DNA of 64,000 nt from the NCBI RefSeq assembly GCF_004010195.1, contig NC_057746.1:28925861-28989860 (forward strand). The letters are read 5' to 3'. The translations under genes and the position numbers were made by a program. The stretch is from Chiloscyllium plagiosum. Lineage: Eukaryota. Below are positions 51,706 to 64,000 of the stretch, piece after piece; within the stretch, counting starts at the first letter, position 1; each line of letters opens with the position of its first letter. The notes under the pieces are model-generated. The model worked only from the letters and a program-made list of their open reading frames with translations. It did no database searches and had not been told where the DNA came from.

Positions 51706-54700
51706 CTGGGGAGAGATCAAATATCACCGTCAGAGATCCAGCTTCTTGCTTTCCTTGTGACTTTCCTTGTTAAGGAACCCACACGGTTCGAACTGTATTC
51801 GGCAAATTTATCACGAGGGAAGGAGGCATAGAAGTGTGAAAGACAGAAAGGAGGAGCGGGGTCTGTGGGCACTGGGTTGGTGGAGGGGAGAAAGGTGAGC
51901 AGCCTGAGAAAGTAATTATCCAAATACTTATTCAGTGCCTTGATGGTGTTTCCTGTACCATTCTTTTGAGCAGTGAGTTCCAGATACTCGCACTGACATC
52001 TGAGTCATTTTCCCCTTCAAATCCCCTCTAAAATTTCTGCTCCTTACCTTAAATCTGTGCCAACCCCCCGAGTTTGGGACTCCTCGAGTAGGGGGTCTCT
52101 TTGTAGCTAACCTATTCATGCCCCTCTTTACTGTGTGCACTTCAATCAGGTCCCTCCTCAGCCTTCACTGCTGTGAAGAAAACAACCCCAGTCTGTTTAG
52201 TCTGTCTTCACAGCTGTACATCTCCATTTCTCCTCCTTCCTACAGTGTGGCACCAGCGCTGAAACACTACTCTCGCTGTGGTTTAAAGAACATTACATAC
52301 AGCTCCATCTCTTTGCTCTTCTAATCAATGCCTTGACAAATGAAGGCAAGTATACCATATCCCTTGCTATCTTACTGCCTTTCAGGATCTATGGACATGC
52401 GCACCAAGGTCCCTCTGACCTTCTGCTTCCTCCGGTCTGACCAGTCATCGTGTTGGCTTTTGTTTTGTTCATGTTCCCAAAATGCATCATTTAGGTTTGG
52501 ATTTCAAGTTCCTGATGAAGGGCTTTTTGCCGTTTTCCTGCTCCTCGGATGCTGCCTGACCTGCTGTGCTTTTCCAGCATCACTCTAATCCTGATTCTAA
52601 TTGCCACTGTTTAGTCATCTAACCAGCTAGTCCATATCATCCCGTAGTCTTGGGCTTTCCTCTTCGCTATTTAACACAGCACTGATTTTTTTTACATTTG
52701 ATTTTTGCGAATTTCCGGGCTGTACATTCATGTCTAGATCTTTAAGGGACACATCAAAGGAAGAGGGCAGTGAGAAGTGGGGCAGAAAAATGTCAAGCGA
52801 AGGAGGGTGAGGGGAATAGGCAGAGGAAAGGGAGGGGAAAAGGAGCTGGGATAGGAACAGACAGCGAGAGATGGGAGGGGGAAATCAGCGAATTGAAGGG
52901 GGAAGCGGTATGGGGTGAAGGGCAACCAGTTTTGGGGAGGAGAATGGGAAGCCATGGAGAAAGGCATTGGGGGAATGGGGAGAAGGGTGAGGAGGAGAGG
53001 AGAAAGCCGCAGAGGGAGAGGAGTGAATGGGTAGAAACTGGCCTGGGGTGTGACGGAGACAAAAGTGTGGGATAGTGTGTAGAAAATGTCAAATGTTGGA
53101 CAGCGTGAGTGGGGAGAGACAGCAGCAGGCGGTGGAGTCAGGGTGGAGAGAGGGACCGTGGGGAAATGGAAAGGGGAAGAGCAGAGAGGAGGGGAGAGAG
53201 GGACAGGGATGTAAATAAGGCAGACACAGCACGAGAGGGGGAGACAGAGTAGAGGAAGGGGCAGGGACGGACGGGGTGTGTGCACCTTTGGGGATGGGCA
53301 GAGAGAGGGAGAGCGGGGAATGGAGAAGGCAACGTCCTTTAGGGAGGAAAGGGGAGACAGAGGAGGAGAGAAATCCGAAGGAAGGGAGAGATGAAACCTG
53401 TGGCATGCATTATTGCAGTGAGATACTTCAGACTGGACTGGGGCCTTTGGTCAAAATCCCGGAAGAACAGCGGATTCCCTCGCTCCCTGCCTGCTCGATC
53501 AATGGGACTGCTGAAATAATTCGGCTGATCTCAATTCTCACTCACACCGCTGTCAGTTTGCTGAGTTCCCTATTTTAATGTAGATTCTCTGAGGCTGTGA
53601 AACCTCTGCTTGATTACCTCCTGTGCTGCTTGAGCCGAGAATACTCCAAAAAGGACACGACACGGCCTTCATTATCCAGAGGAGACTTGCGTTTTCTGCC
53701 GTCACCCCTCTTGACTGAGGAGCCTGGATCCACTGAGCTGGTTAGTTGCCTGTTCACACACGGTCCCCAAAGTCTGTGTGTCCTCCCGCGAACACACTGA
53801 TCAAAATCCTGCTCAGGTGTCCAACAGCCGGGACAAACTCGTGTTCACATCCTGAGATCCGTGCTCCCTTCCTGGGTTTATCCAGACCCCTTCACTGTTA
53901 ATAAACACAGTGCTGGGTACTTCAGTCACTTACTCAGAGGAACCCACAGAAACAAAATGTGAAAAGGCGTTAACAGCCGGCAACGCGAGTATTTAATACG
54001 AGGCCTTAGATCCCCTTAGTCTTTTCAGAACAGGATTTATCAGCAGAATTATTACCAGAGCTTTACCGGAATTATTAACATCTATCATTGCTCTCCTCTG
54101 TGTAAGTGACTTTAAACTTTCTGACAGGGCGCTATCAGCTACTGAGATCATTGTCACTCAGTCTGTAATTATTGAATAGTCGATGTCACCAATTTGACTT
54201 CGCTGGAATACTTAAGAATTGATTTCAGTGTCCAGTAGCCCATGTCCGTTCAAACGTTTCGTATTCGTGAACTTATACAAATGTCTTTTAACACGGGAGT
54301 GTTATAAAACAAAACCCGGCAGCCAGGCCCGTTTGGAGCTAGAAGGTCGTGTGAACAAAAGCCTGGCCAAAGAGGGATGTTTGAAGGGAGAAGGGTGAAA
54401 GCGAAGTCGAGATACCGAGGGGTCAGGGGGAAGGAGGGCAACCCAGAGAATCGGGCCCAGGCAACTGGAAGATAGAGCTATCAGTGAGCGACTCAAATCA
54501 AGGGTCCTCCCAGAGGACAGCGATACAGGAGTGCAGATATCTCAGAGGGGTTTGCACTGGAGCTGATCTGGTAAATATAGAGACAGCAGAGAGGTTGTGG
54601 ATTTCAAAGTAAGGTGGAGAATAATAAAACCCAGATTTCCTTTCACCAGGAGTCCAGGGGTGGGGGCTTGGTGCTGTGTGTACAGGAAACGTGAGAGTTT

Positions 54701-56489
54701 GACAGTAGGGGGTGGGATGTGGAGATCTGTCCGGAATGGGATGGAACTATCTCCATTGGGTTTTTTTTAAAATAAAAGACATGTTCTGCAGGGGGCTGGT
54801 TTTGATTTCGTTGCGTCTCTGACTCAATATTCTAAGAGAAAACTAAACTTGGGGATCCCGGAAAGAATGACAATCCAAGTGTAAAACTCACGAGAATTTA
54901 TTCCCGGTACGATACCGGTATTTCTGGGATTTCACAAACAGTGGGCGAGTGCGGGAATTCGATGAAAATAAAACCTAATGCACAAAACCGCTTAGTTTTG
55001 TCCATGCTTTTCAGTAAAAGTACAGCCATAGAATTCACTCTGAGAGTCCTCACCTGGTAGGGCTCTTAACCATCAAAGGCATTCCTCACTTTTTCTGGGT
55101 CTGATGAAGGTCACCGAAACGTTAACTCTGATTTCTCTGCACATATCCTGCCAGATCTGCTGAGCTTTTCCATCAATTCCTGTCTTCACCTTTCCTGCTC
55201 TTTTCACGAACGTTTTTTTCCTGCAGTTCTGAGGGTCTGTCAGGAGGAGGCAGCCGTGTATCTTGTATCAAAGAGAGACCAGCACCTCACCCCATCCCAG
55301 AAACAAGGTACACCCACAGTGAATTCGGGAAATGGAGCAGCCAATATAGACAAAGTACGACCCTGAGAAGTACAAACAGAAAATAAAATAATTCGTCGGT
55401 TAATGTCTCATGGAAGGTTCTGGTTGTCTGAAAAACGCTGGTCTCGTCACGGGGAGGATACTGCCGCCTCACAGCGCCAGACACCGGGTTCGATTCCAAC
55501 TTCAGGCGACTGTCTGTGTGGATTTTGCACATTCTCCACCCCCCCCCCCCCGTGTCTGCCAGGGTTTCCTCCGGGTGTTCCGGTTTCTTCCCACAGTCCA
55601 AAAATGCGCAGGTCAGGTGAATTGGCCATACTTAAATTGCCCATGGTGTTAGGTGCATTAGTCAGAGGTAAATGTAGGTAATAGGGTAGGGAAAATGGGT
55701 CCGGGCGGGTTTCCTCTTGGAAATGTCGGTGTGGACTTGTTGAGCCAAATGGCCTGTTTCCACACTGGACGGAACCTAATATAATCTAAAACAAGACTCA
55801 CCTGCTCCTGTGTCCGGTGCGATCTGAAACCACGGCCCCTTCGGCCCATCGAGCCTGCACTGACCTATCTACATTCATTTCACATTTTAGCATTTGACCC
55901 ATAGCCGTGAATGTTACGACAGTTCAAGAGCTCATCCAAGGACTTTTTAAAAAGGGTTTCCGCCTTAAACCATCGCAAACAATGCACTCCAGACTCGCAT
56001 CGCCCTAAACGAAAAACATTTTCCCTAAATCCCACATAAATCTCCCATTCCTCTTAACATTGTCCCCCCGCCCCCCCGATGTTGACGCTTCGAATAATGG
56101 CAACAGCTTCTCTCTCTCTCCATCCTGCCCATACCCCTTTTCATCGTGTACGCTTTAATCAGATCCAGTCTCATTCTTGTCTGCTTTAAAGAAGACGTGA
56201 CGTGGAGGTGCCGGTGTTGGGCTGGGGTGGCCATGGTCAGAAGTCACATGACAACAGGTTATAGTCCAACAGGTTTGGTTAAAATCACAAGCTTTCGGGC
56301 CGCTGCTGCACTCCATGTCACGAAGGAGCAGGGCTTCGAAAGCTTGTGATTTCAAAAAAACCTGATGTTCTGTGACTTTCTGACCTAAAGATCGCTACCC
56401 GAGCCTATCCAGCACCTCTTCATAACTGAACTGCTCCATCCTGTGAATCTGGACTGCGCCACTTCCTAAGCGACAGTGACCTTACACTG

Positions 56490-57300
56490 AACAATGTTGA
56501 AACTTTATTGCTGGAACAGCACAGCAGGTCAGGCAGCATCCAGGGAACAGGAGATTCGACGTTTCGGGCACAGGCCCTTCTTCAGGAATGAGCAGAGAGT
56601 GTTCAGCAGGAGAAGATAAACGGTAGGGAGGAGGGACTTGGAGGAGGGGCGTTGGAAATGTGATAGGTGGAAAGAGGTCAAGGTGAGGGTGATAGGTCGG
56701 AGTAGGATGGAGGCGGAGAGGTCAAGAAGAAGACTGCAGGTCAGGAAGGCAGTGCCGGGCTGGAGGGATTCGGCTGAGACAAGTTGGGGGGAGGGGGGAT
56801 GAAGAAACTGGTGAAGTTCAAGTTCATCCCCTGTGGTTGGAGGGTTCCCAGTTGGAAGATAAGACGCTCCTCCTCCGACCGTCGGGTTGTTGTGGTTTGG
56901 CGGTGGATGAGTCCAATGACCTGCATATCCTCGGTGGAGTGGGAGGGGGAGTTGAAATGCTGTGCTACAGGTTGGTTGGGTTGGTTCGTCCGGGTGGCCC
57001 AGAGGTGCTCTCTGAATCGCTCCGCAAGTAGGCTGCCTGTCTCCCCAATATAGAGGAGGCCACACCGGCTGCAGCGGATGCAGTAGATGATGTGGGTGGA
57101 GGTGCAGGTGAATCTGTGGCGGATATGGAAGTTTCCTTTGGGGCCTTGGAGAGAAGTGTGGGGGGAGGTGTGGGCGCAAGTGTTGCACCTCCTGCGGTTG
57201 CAAGGGAAGGTGCCGGGAGTGGAGGTTGGGTCGGTGGGGGGTGTGGATCTGACAAGGGAGTCGCGGAGGGAGTGGTCTCTACGGAAAGCTGATAGGGGAG
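56490..57300 (-). mobile_element. Penelope-like element 3' part with open GIY-YIG endonuclease frame
   Basis: GTFPCNRRRCNTC..FTCTSTHIIYCIRCSRCGLLYIGET..ERFREH..VAQHFN..LGTLQPQGMN in ORF 56741-57424. Confidence 0.92.
56554..56589 (-). ncRNA. Minimal type I hammerhead ribozyme motif in the Penelope 3' repeat
   Basis: AUUC-CUGAAGA-a-GGGC cugu GCCC-GAAA-CGUC-GAAU: both core boxes, stem II, stem I (AUUC/GAAU) and a GUC cleavage triplet. Confidence 0.75.
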
Positions 57301-58269
57301 GGGATTGTTTGCGATGGGCGTTTTCCACTCTAATTATTCTCATTCTTGGAAGGCGCAATAAAAATATGAGTTTTAAGAAGCTACTTTGTTTGATACTTTT
57401 TAACTTCATAGTTAAATTCATCAATTTGTTACATAATTTAAAATCCGAAAGAACTGTTAATCAGAAACAAATACAGAAGTTGCTGGAAAAGCTCAGCTGG
57501 TCTGGCATCATCTATGGAGAGAAAGCAAAATTGACGTTTTGGGGCCAGTGACACTTCTTCGGAAAGTCTTTTTTGTTTGCTGGTCCTGATTGTTGTGTGA
57601 AGAATGCTGATCAGAAACAGGGGGACCTTCCCTGCATCTCCTCACACTGGGAACTGAAGCCTTCTCTTCAGACAGAGGCAGATTTGCTTTCACATCTACA
57701 GGAACAAGATTGGGCCCTCTGGGCTGGAAATCTCTGCTGCCATTTCATTGGATTGTGGAGAATCTCAAATCGTTTCACCCGTTTTTGCTTCACATTCCCT
57801 GATCTTGCCTGTAAATTCATCATGTCTCAGGGGAAAATAAAAATCTACATTGTCTTTAACATCTGTTTGTGATAAAGCAAACATCAGAATCTCACTCCTG
57901 AATCATTCAGTTTTACATATAGTGATGATGATTCCTCCCCTTCCCAATATCTCCTTCTTCCTCCCTTCTTCTCAGGCTGACCATTGGAGAAAAGAGTTTC
58001 CAAAATTGAACAAAGATATGTCCCCAGGGGCGGATTGCTGAAGGGTTCTGAGGAAGGATCATCGGACCGGAAACATTCAATCTGATTCTCTCCACAGATG
58101 CTGCCAGACCTGTTGAGCTTTTCCAGCAATTTCTGATTTGGGTTCTGATTTCCAGCATCTGCAGTTCTTTCAGGGTTCCCCAGAGGGCTGACATTGACTC
58201 GATGTGTGAATTCTGTTTCTCTCTCCAGAGATGCTGCCAGACCTATTCAGTTTTTCCAACATTCTGACA

Positions 58270-59470
58270 AAAGGCAGAGAGTTAGGATAAAAGGTTCTTT
58301 TTTGTAATGGCAGCTGGTGACAAGTGGGGCCGCAGCTGTTCACTTTATATATTAATGATCTGGATGAAGGGACTGGGGGCATTCTGGCAAAGTTCGCTGA
58401 TGATACTAAGTTAGGCAGACAGGCAGGTAGTACTGAGGAGGTGAGAAGGCTGCAGAAAGATTTACACAGTTTCGGAGAGTGGTCCAGGAAATAGCTGATG
58501 AAATTCAACGCGAGCAAGCATGAAGTCTTGCACTTTGGAAAAAAGAATACAGACATGGACAATTTTTTAAATAGTGAGAAAATTCATAAAGCCAAAGTAC
58601 AAAGGGATCTGGGAGTACTGGTTCTGGATTCTCTCAAGGTTGAATTGCAGGTTGAGTCTGTGATTAAGAAAGCAAATGTAATGTTGTCATTTTTTTCAAG
58701 AGGGTTGGAATATAAAAGCAGCGATGTGCTTCTGAGACTGTACAGAGCTCTGGTTAGGCCCTATTTAGAATGGAATACCTGATGAAGGGCTTATTCCTGA
58801 TGAAGGGCTTTTGCCCGAAACGTCAATTTTACTGCTCCTCGAATGCTGCCTGAACTGCAATGCTCTTCCAGCACCACTAATCCAGAATCTGGTTTCCAGC
58901 ATCTGCAGTCATTGTTTTTACCCCATTTAGAATACTGTGTCCAATTTTGGGCTCCGCACCTCAGGAAGAACATACCGACACTGGAGGGTGTCCAGCAGAG
59001 ATCCACCTGAATGCTCCCTGGAATGGTAGGCCTAACATATGATGAACAGCTGAGGAGCCTGGAATTGTACTCAGTAGAGTTTAGAAGGTTGTGGGGAGAT
59101 CTAATAGAAACTTACAAGATTATGTATGGCGTAGAAAGGGTGGACCCTGGGAAGTTGTTTCCGTTATGCGGGAGACTAGGATTTGTAGGCACAATCTTAA
59201 AATTAGAGGGAGTCAACTTAGAACGGAATGAGGAAACCCTTCTTCAGCCAGAGAGTGGTGAGCCTGTGGAATTCATTGCCGCAGAGCACAGTGGAGGCCA
59301 GGACATTGAGTGTCTTCAATGCAGAGATTGATAAATTCTTGATCTCGCAAGGAATTAGGGGCTACGTTAAGTGGAATTGAAATGCCTATCAGCCATGATG
59401 AAATGGCAGAGTGGACATGATGGGCCTAATGGCCTTGCTTCCACTCCTATGTCTTATGGTCTTATGGTCT
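58270..59470 (+). mobile_element. CR1-clade LINE RT 3' part with a nested 149-bp insertion (58772-58920)
   Basis: YINDLD..KFADDTKL, QRDLGV, LYRALVRP. Confidence 0.88.
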
Positions 59471-59999
59471 AACATTCTTTGTGTTTCTTTTCCGTTTCAT
59501 TCCTCCTCTCAAATCTCCTCAGAAATCCGCCTCCTACTGTCTGAATGACAGAGGTTTCAATCAATCGATTCACTTACCCCCACATATCCCGCCTCATAAA
59601 CACTGAGTGACAGCTGTCCTTTTCAATCCACTGCCCCATGTCTGATTTCTCCCTGCCCTTTCTCTGATTGATATGCCTCTGGTCCAAATCGCAAAGTGAT
59701 AGTGGACAGGATTCCAGGTCTCTGGATGTGAAGATCAACTTTCTGTTAGGGGATTAAGTTCTGTTTCATTCTTTCATTTCAATTCTCTTTGATATTTAAA
59801 TCTCTTTTTACACCATTTAGTACATGCCTTGCTCTATTTTATTCTTGGAAGACCTGATTGTGGCCAATATTAGAATTAATTTGCCACTGTCTTGTCCACT
59901 GAATGAACGTAGCAATGCCACTCTGTAATGTGTTGCGTCTCTGACAATGGCAGCTATTGTTGTACCACTGGGAATATTTAGATATAATACCGTGCGATC

Positions 60000-61430
60000 A
60001 TAAGATATTCAAGCAGAACTTAGGCCATTCGCCCATCAAGTCATGGCTGATAGGTTTTCAAACCGATTTCCACCTTTCTCCCCATAATATTGATGCCTTG
60101 GCAATCAATAATTTATCTACCTCTGTTTTAAATATACTCAATGATCTGGCCTCCACAGCCTTTTTCTGTGGCAATGAATTCCACAGATTCACCACTCTCT
60201 GATGAGTTTCTCCTTATCTCCGTTCTAAGGGTCTTGTCTTTCCTCTAAGGCTGTGCCCTCAGCCTCCTCTCCTGCCAATGGAAACATCTTCCCAATCTCC
60301 ACTCTGTCTAGACTGTTCAATATCCTAAAAATTTCAATTAGATCTCTCCTCATCCTTCTAAATTCCACCAAATATAATTCCTAGAGTCTTCAAACCTTCC
60401 TCATACGTAAAGACTTCCATTCCTGGGACTAGACTCGTGAATCTCCTCTGATCCACTCCCAGGCCCAGTACATCTTTCCTGAGGTATGGGGCCCAAAATT
60501 GCTCATACTACTCTAAATGTGATCGGACTAGAGCTTTATAAAGGCTCAGCATTAGATCCTGCTTTTTTATTCTAGTCCTCTCGAGGTGAATGACAACATT
60601 GTATTTGCCTTCCGAGCTACCGACTCTCCTGTATGTTTATCTTCAAAGAAGCCTGGACTAGGGCTCCCAAGTCCTTTTGCAAATCAAACTCCTGAATTTT
60701 CTCCCCATTTCAAAAATAGTCCAGGCCTCTTTTCTTCCTACCAAAGTGCATGACCTCACACTTCCCCACTTTGTATTTCAAATGCCACTTCCTTGCCCAC
60801 TCTCCTGACTTGTCTAAATCTTTCTCCAACCTTCTTGTCTTCTTAATGTTACCTGTCCTCTACCTAACTTTGTATTATCTGCAAACTTAGCCAGAATGCC
60901 CTCAGTTCCTTCATCCAAATCATTAATGTATAAAGAGAAAAGTTTTGTTCCCAACACCAACTCTTGTGGAACACCACTAGTCGCTTCCATCCTGAGAAGG
61001 ACCATTTTATCCCCACTCTCTGCCTTTTACCAAACAGGCAAGCTTCTATCCATGTGAGGACCTGGCCTTACACATCATGGGCCCTTATCTTGTTCAGCAG
61101 CATCCCGTGCAGCACCTTATCAAAGGCCTTCTTGAGTCCAGGTAAGTAACATCCATTGACTCTCCTTGGTCTAACCTGCTCATTACATGCTCGAAGAATT
61201 CTTTCAGATTTGTTAAGCATGACCTTGGCTTGATGAAACCATGCTGACTTTGTCCTCTTTTACCACGCACTTCTAAATATTCAGAAATCTCATCCTTCGC
61301 ATTGGACTGCAAAATCTTACCAATGACGCAGGTCAGGCCTGTAATTTCCCATCTTTTGCATTGCTCCCTTCGTAAACAGGGGTGTTAGATTAGCGATTTT
61401 CCAATCCTCTGGGACCCTCCTTGATCCAGT
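60000..61430 (-). mobile_element. Decayed CR1-clade LINE RT
   Basis: PEDWKIAN, SQHGF..SCLTNL, GVPQ..YINDLD..FADNTK. Confidence 0.85.
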
Positions 61431-63099
61431 TATACCTGAAAAATCACTACTATTGATAGTCTGGATGGAGAAATGGCAGATGGAATTTAATCCAGGCAAA
61501 TGTCAAGAGATACATTTTGGAAGGTCTCATGCAGGAGAGAAGAATACAGTAAATGGCAGTATTCTTAGAAGTATGTGAAGATGGCATAAAGTTCCACCGT
61601 TCCCTGAAAGTGGCAACACAAGTGATATAGCAAGTAGATGCCACACTTGCCTTTAGCAGTCGAGAGACAGAGTATTACAAATTGGCAAGTCATGTTGCAG
61701 CTGTACAGAACTTTACTAAGGCCACATGGAATTCTGGTCACCACATTACCCAAAGAATGTTGTACCAGAATATTGAGTGGTCCTGGAAGGTGCTTTATAA
61801 ATGCAAGCCTTTCTTCTCTTTCCTGTTAAATCTCTCCTACATTGAGACACTTTTTAAACCTTCCTCCTTATTGCAAACACTAATCATCATTCTTTGGTGG
61901 CAATTGTTCGATAATTGCTCCTGCAAAGCAACAATCTTAAAGATGCTATATAAAGGCAATTTGAGATCATCCAACAAGGTGTCAGACATCAGTTTAGTTT
62001 TATCCTCCGACAGCCTGATGTGAGGAAGCGAAGAATGTCTTTGAAACAATAACAGGAATTGCTTGAAAATCTCAGTGGAGCTGGCAGCATCTGTGGAGAG
62101 AAATCAGATTTAACACTTCTGGCCAGTGATCTTTCCTCAGAACTCAAATTTTTGAAGTTCAGTCTTTTAAAGAGTAAAGGTAGTGTGACAAGAGGCCATG
62201 TCTCAGGGCTGAAAATAGTTAACAAGGTGGGGGGTGGGGGGAGGATGGTCCATTTCAATAACTGGGTTTCGTGTTTGCTACATTGTCTCATTATATCATC
62301 CTTGAAAAGGCACTTCATTGGCAATGAGGTTAGTCTAATCTCAGTGGTGGGCATGACTTGGAGGTGCTGGTGTTGGACTGGGATGGACAAAGTTAAAGAA
62401 TCCTGCTGAAGAATGTATGCCCGAAACATCGATTCTCCTGCTCCTCGGATGCTGCTGGGCTGCTGTGCTTTTCCAGCACCACACTCGTGACTCTAATCTC
62501 CAGCATCTGCAGTCCTCCCTTTCTCAAAGTTATAAATCACACAACACCAGGTTATAGTCCAACAGGTTTATTTGGAAGCACCAGCTTTCAGAGTGCTGCT
62601 TCTTCACCTGATGAAGGAACAGTGCTCTGAAAGCTAGTACTCCCAAATAAATCTGTTGGACTGTAACCTGGAGTTGTTTGATTTTTAACTCATTGGTGGG
62701 GAATTGATTAGAAGCAATTCTGAGAGATCGAATTAACCTGCACTCTGTGAGGTAGCCATTAATCAAGGGTGACATGGTGGGTCAGTGGTTAGCACTGCTG
62801 CCTCACTGCACCAGGGACCTGGGGTCAATTCCAGCCTTGGACAACTGTGTGTGTGGAGGTGCACATTCTCTCTGTGTCTGTGTATGTTTCCTCTGGATGC
62901 TCTGGATTCCTCCCACAACCCAAACCTGTGCATGATGGGTGAATTGGCCATGCTAAATTGCCCATCGTGTTCAGGGCTGTGTAGGCTAGGTGCATTAGTC
63001 AGGGGTAAATAGAGAGTAGGGGAATAGGTCTGGCTGGGTTACTCCTGGGGGGGTCAGTGTGGATTTGTTGGGCAGAGGGCCTATTCCTAATTCTTAATA

Positions 63100-63800
63100 A
63101 CAGTCAGCATGGTTTTGTCAAGGGGAGGGTCATGCCTGACCAACTTGATTGGACTTTCTGAAGTGACAATCAGTTGTATAGATGAGGACAATGCTTTGCA
63201 GCTAGTCAACTTGGATTTCAGCAAGGATTTTGAAAAGGTCCCATATGGGAGACTGAGAACGAAAGTAAGAGCCTGTGGTTCCATGAAATTCTGCTAATTG
63301 GATCCATAGTTGATACAATTACAACATTTAAAGGCATTTGAATGGGAAGGGTTTAGAGGAATATGGGCCAAGTGTTGGCAAATGGGCCTAGATTTATTTA
63401 GGATATCTGTTCAGTGTGGACAAGTTGGACAGAAGGGTCTGATTCCATGCTGTACATCTGTATGACTCCACGACTTTGGGAAGCTCCAAGGACCAGAAAG
63501 ATGTTGGTATGCATATCCATCAGTGCCTTAAGGAAACAGGACAGGTGAATAAAGTAGGAAAGAAGGCATATTTGTGCTTGCATTGATTAGTTGAGGCATT
63601 GAGTTTAAGAGCAAGGGTGTTATGCTGGAACTGTATAAAGCACTGGTTAGACCACAGCTGGAGTGTTGTGTTTGGTTCTGGAAACCACATTATAGTTAGG
63701 AAGTGATTGTACAGGAGAAGGTGCAGAGGAGATTTACCAGGATGTTGCCTGGACTGGAGAGTTCAGTTGTGAAGAGACATTGGAGGTGTTTTCATTGGAG
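63100..63800 (+). mobile_element. CR1-clade LINE fragments
   Basis: SCLTNL..LDFSKDFEKVP; VQRRFTRMLPG. Confidence 0.75.
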
Positions 63801-64000
63801 CACTGAGGGAGAACATTACGGGAACTTGAACAGGTGCAGGAAATCCATGGGATCTGGGAGGGGGTTGGGGTTGAGGGAAACTTGAACTCACTGCTTGTTT
63901 TAAAAAAATTCTCAAGGTCAGGTTCGTAGGAGAGTAGTCTGACACAGAACAAACGACCAAGAGGCGAGTCTGCTAGAATATGGGCATTTTATTCCCCGCA

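Noticed and set aside
55802-55823. Minus-strand micro-exon (tttcag|22 nt|gtgagt)
   Set aside because: Not a multiple of 3, no polypyrimidine tract, and adjacent to repeat tails

Overview
Eukaryotic (vertebrate) DNA. The repeat content (V-domain tRNA-derived SINEs of the HE1 type, CR1-type LINEs sharing their 3' tail, Deu-domain SINEs, Penelope-like elements) points to a cartilaginous fish, probably a shark; this is an inference. The window is part of a butyrophilin (BTN)/B30.2 cluster. (1) A complete, apparently intact BTN-like gene on + ('gene 2', CDS 26363-47465, 544 aa) has a signal-peptide exon, IgV, IgC, a TM exon, eleven consecutive 27-nt phase-1 micro-exons encoding an 18-residue-periodic helix, and a PRY/SPRY (B30.2) exon. 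A CpG-rich region upstream carries ISRE, kB and ETS motifs. (2) The 3' half of a paralog ('gene 1', 125-10015) lacks seven micro-exons through two intronic gaps that keep the helical register. Its next B30.2 exon is not the gene-2 type but a TRIM-type exon with a frameshift. (3) An inverted, decayed copy of that TRIM-type exon plus its 3' flank lies at 50949-51733. The rest is mostly retroelement debris, including Penelope-like elements and short derivatives carrying minimal hammerhead-ribozyme motifs. There are three small N gaps. No rRNA, true tRNA or CRISPR was seen. All exon models and identities were read by eye and need RNA-seq or alignment confirmation.
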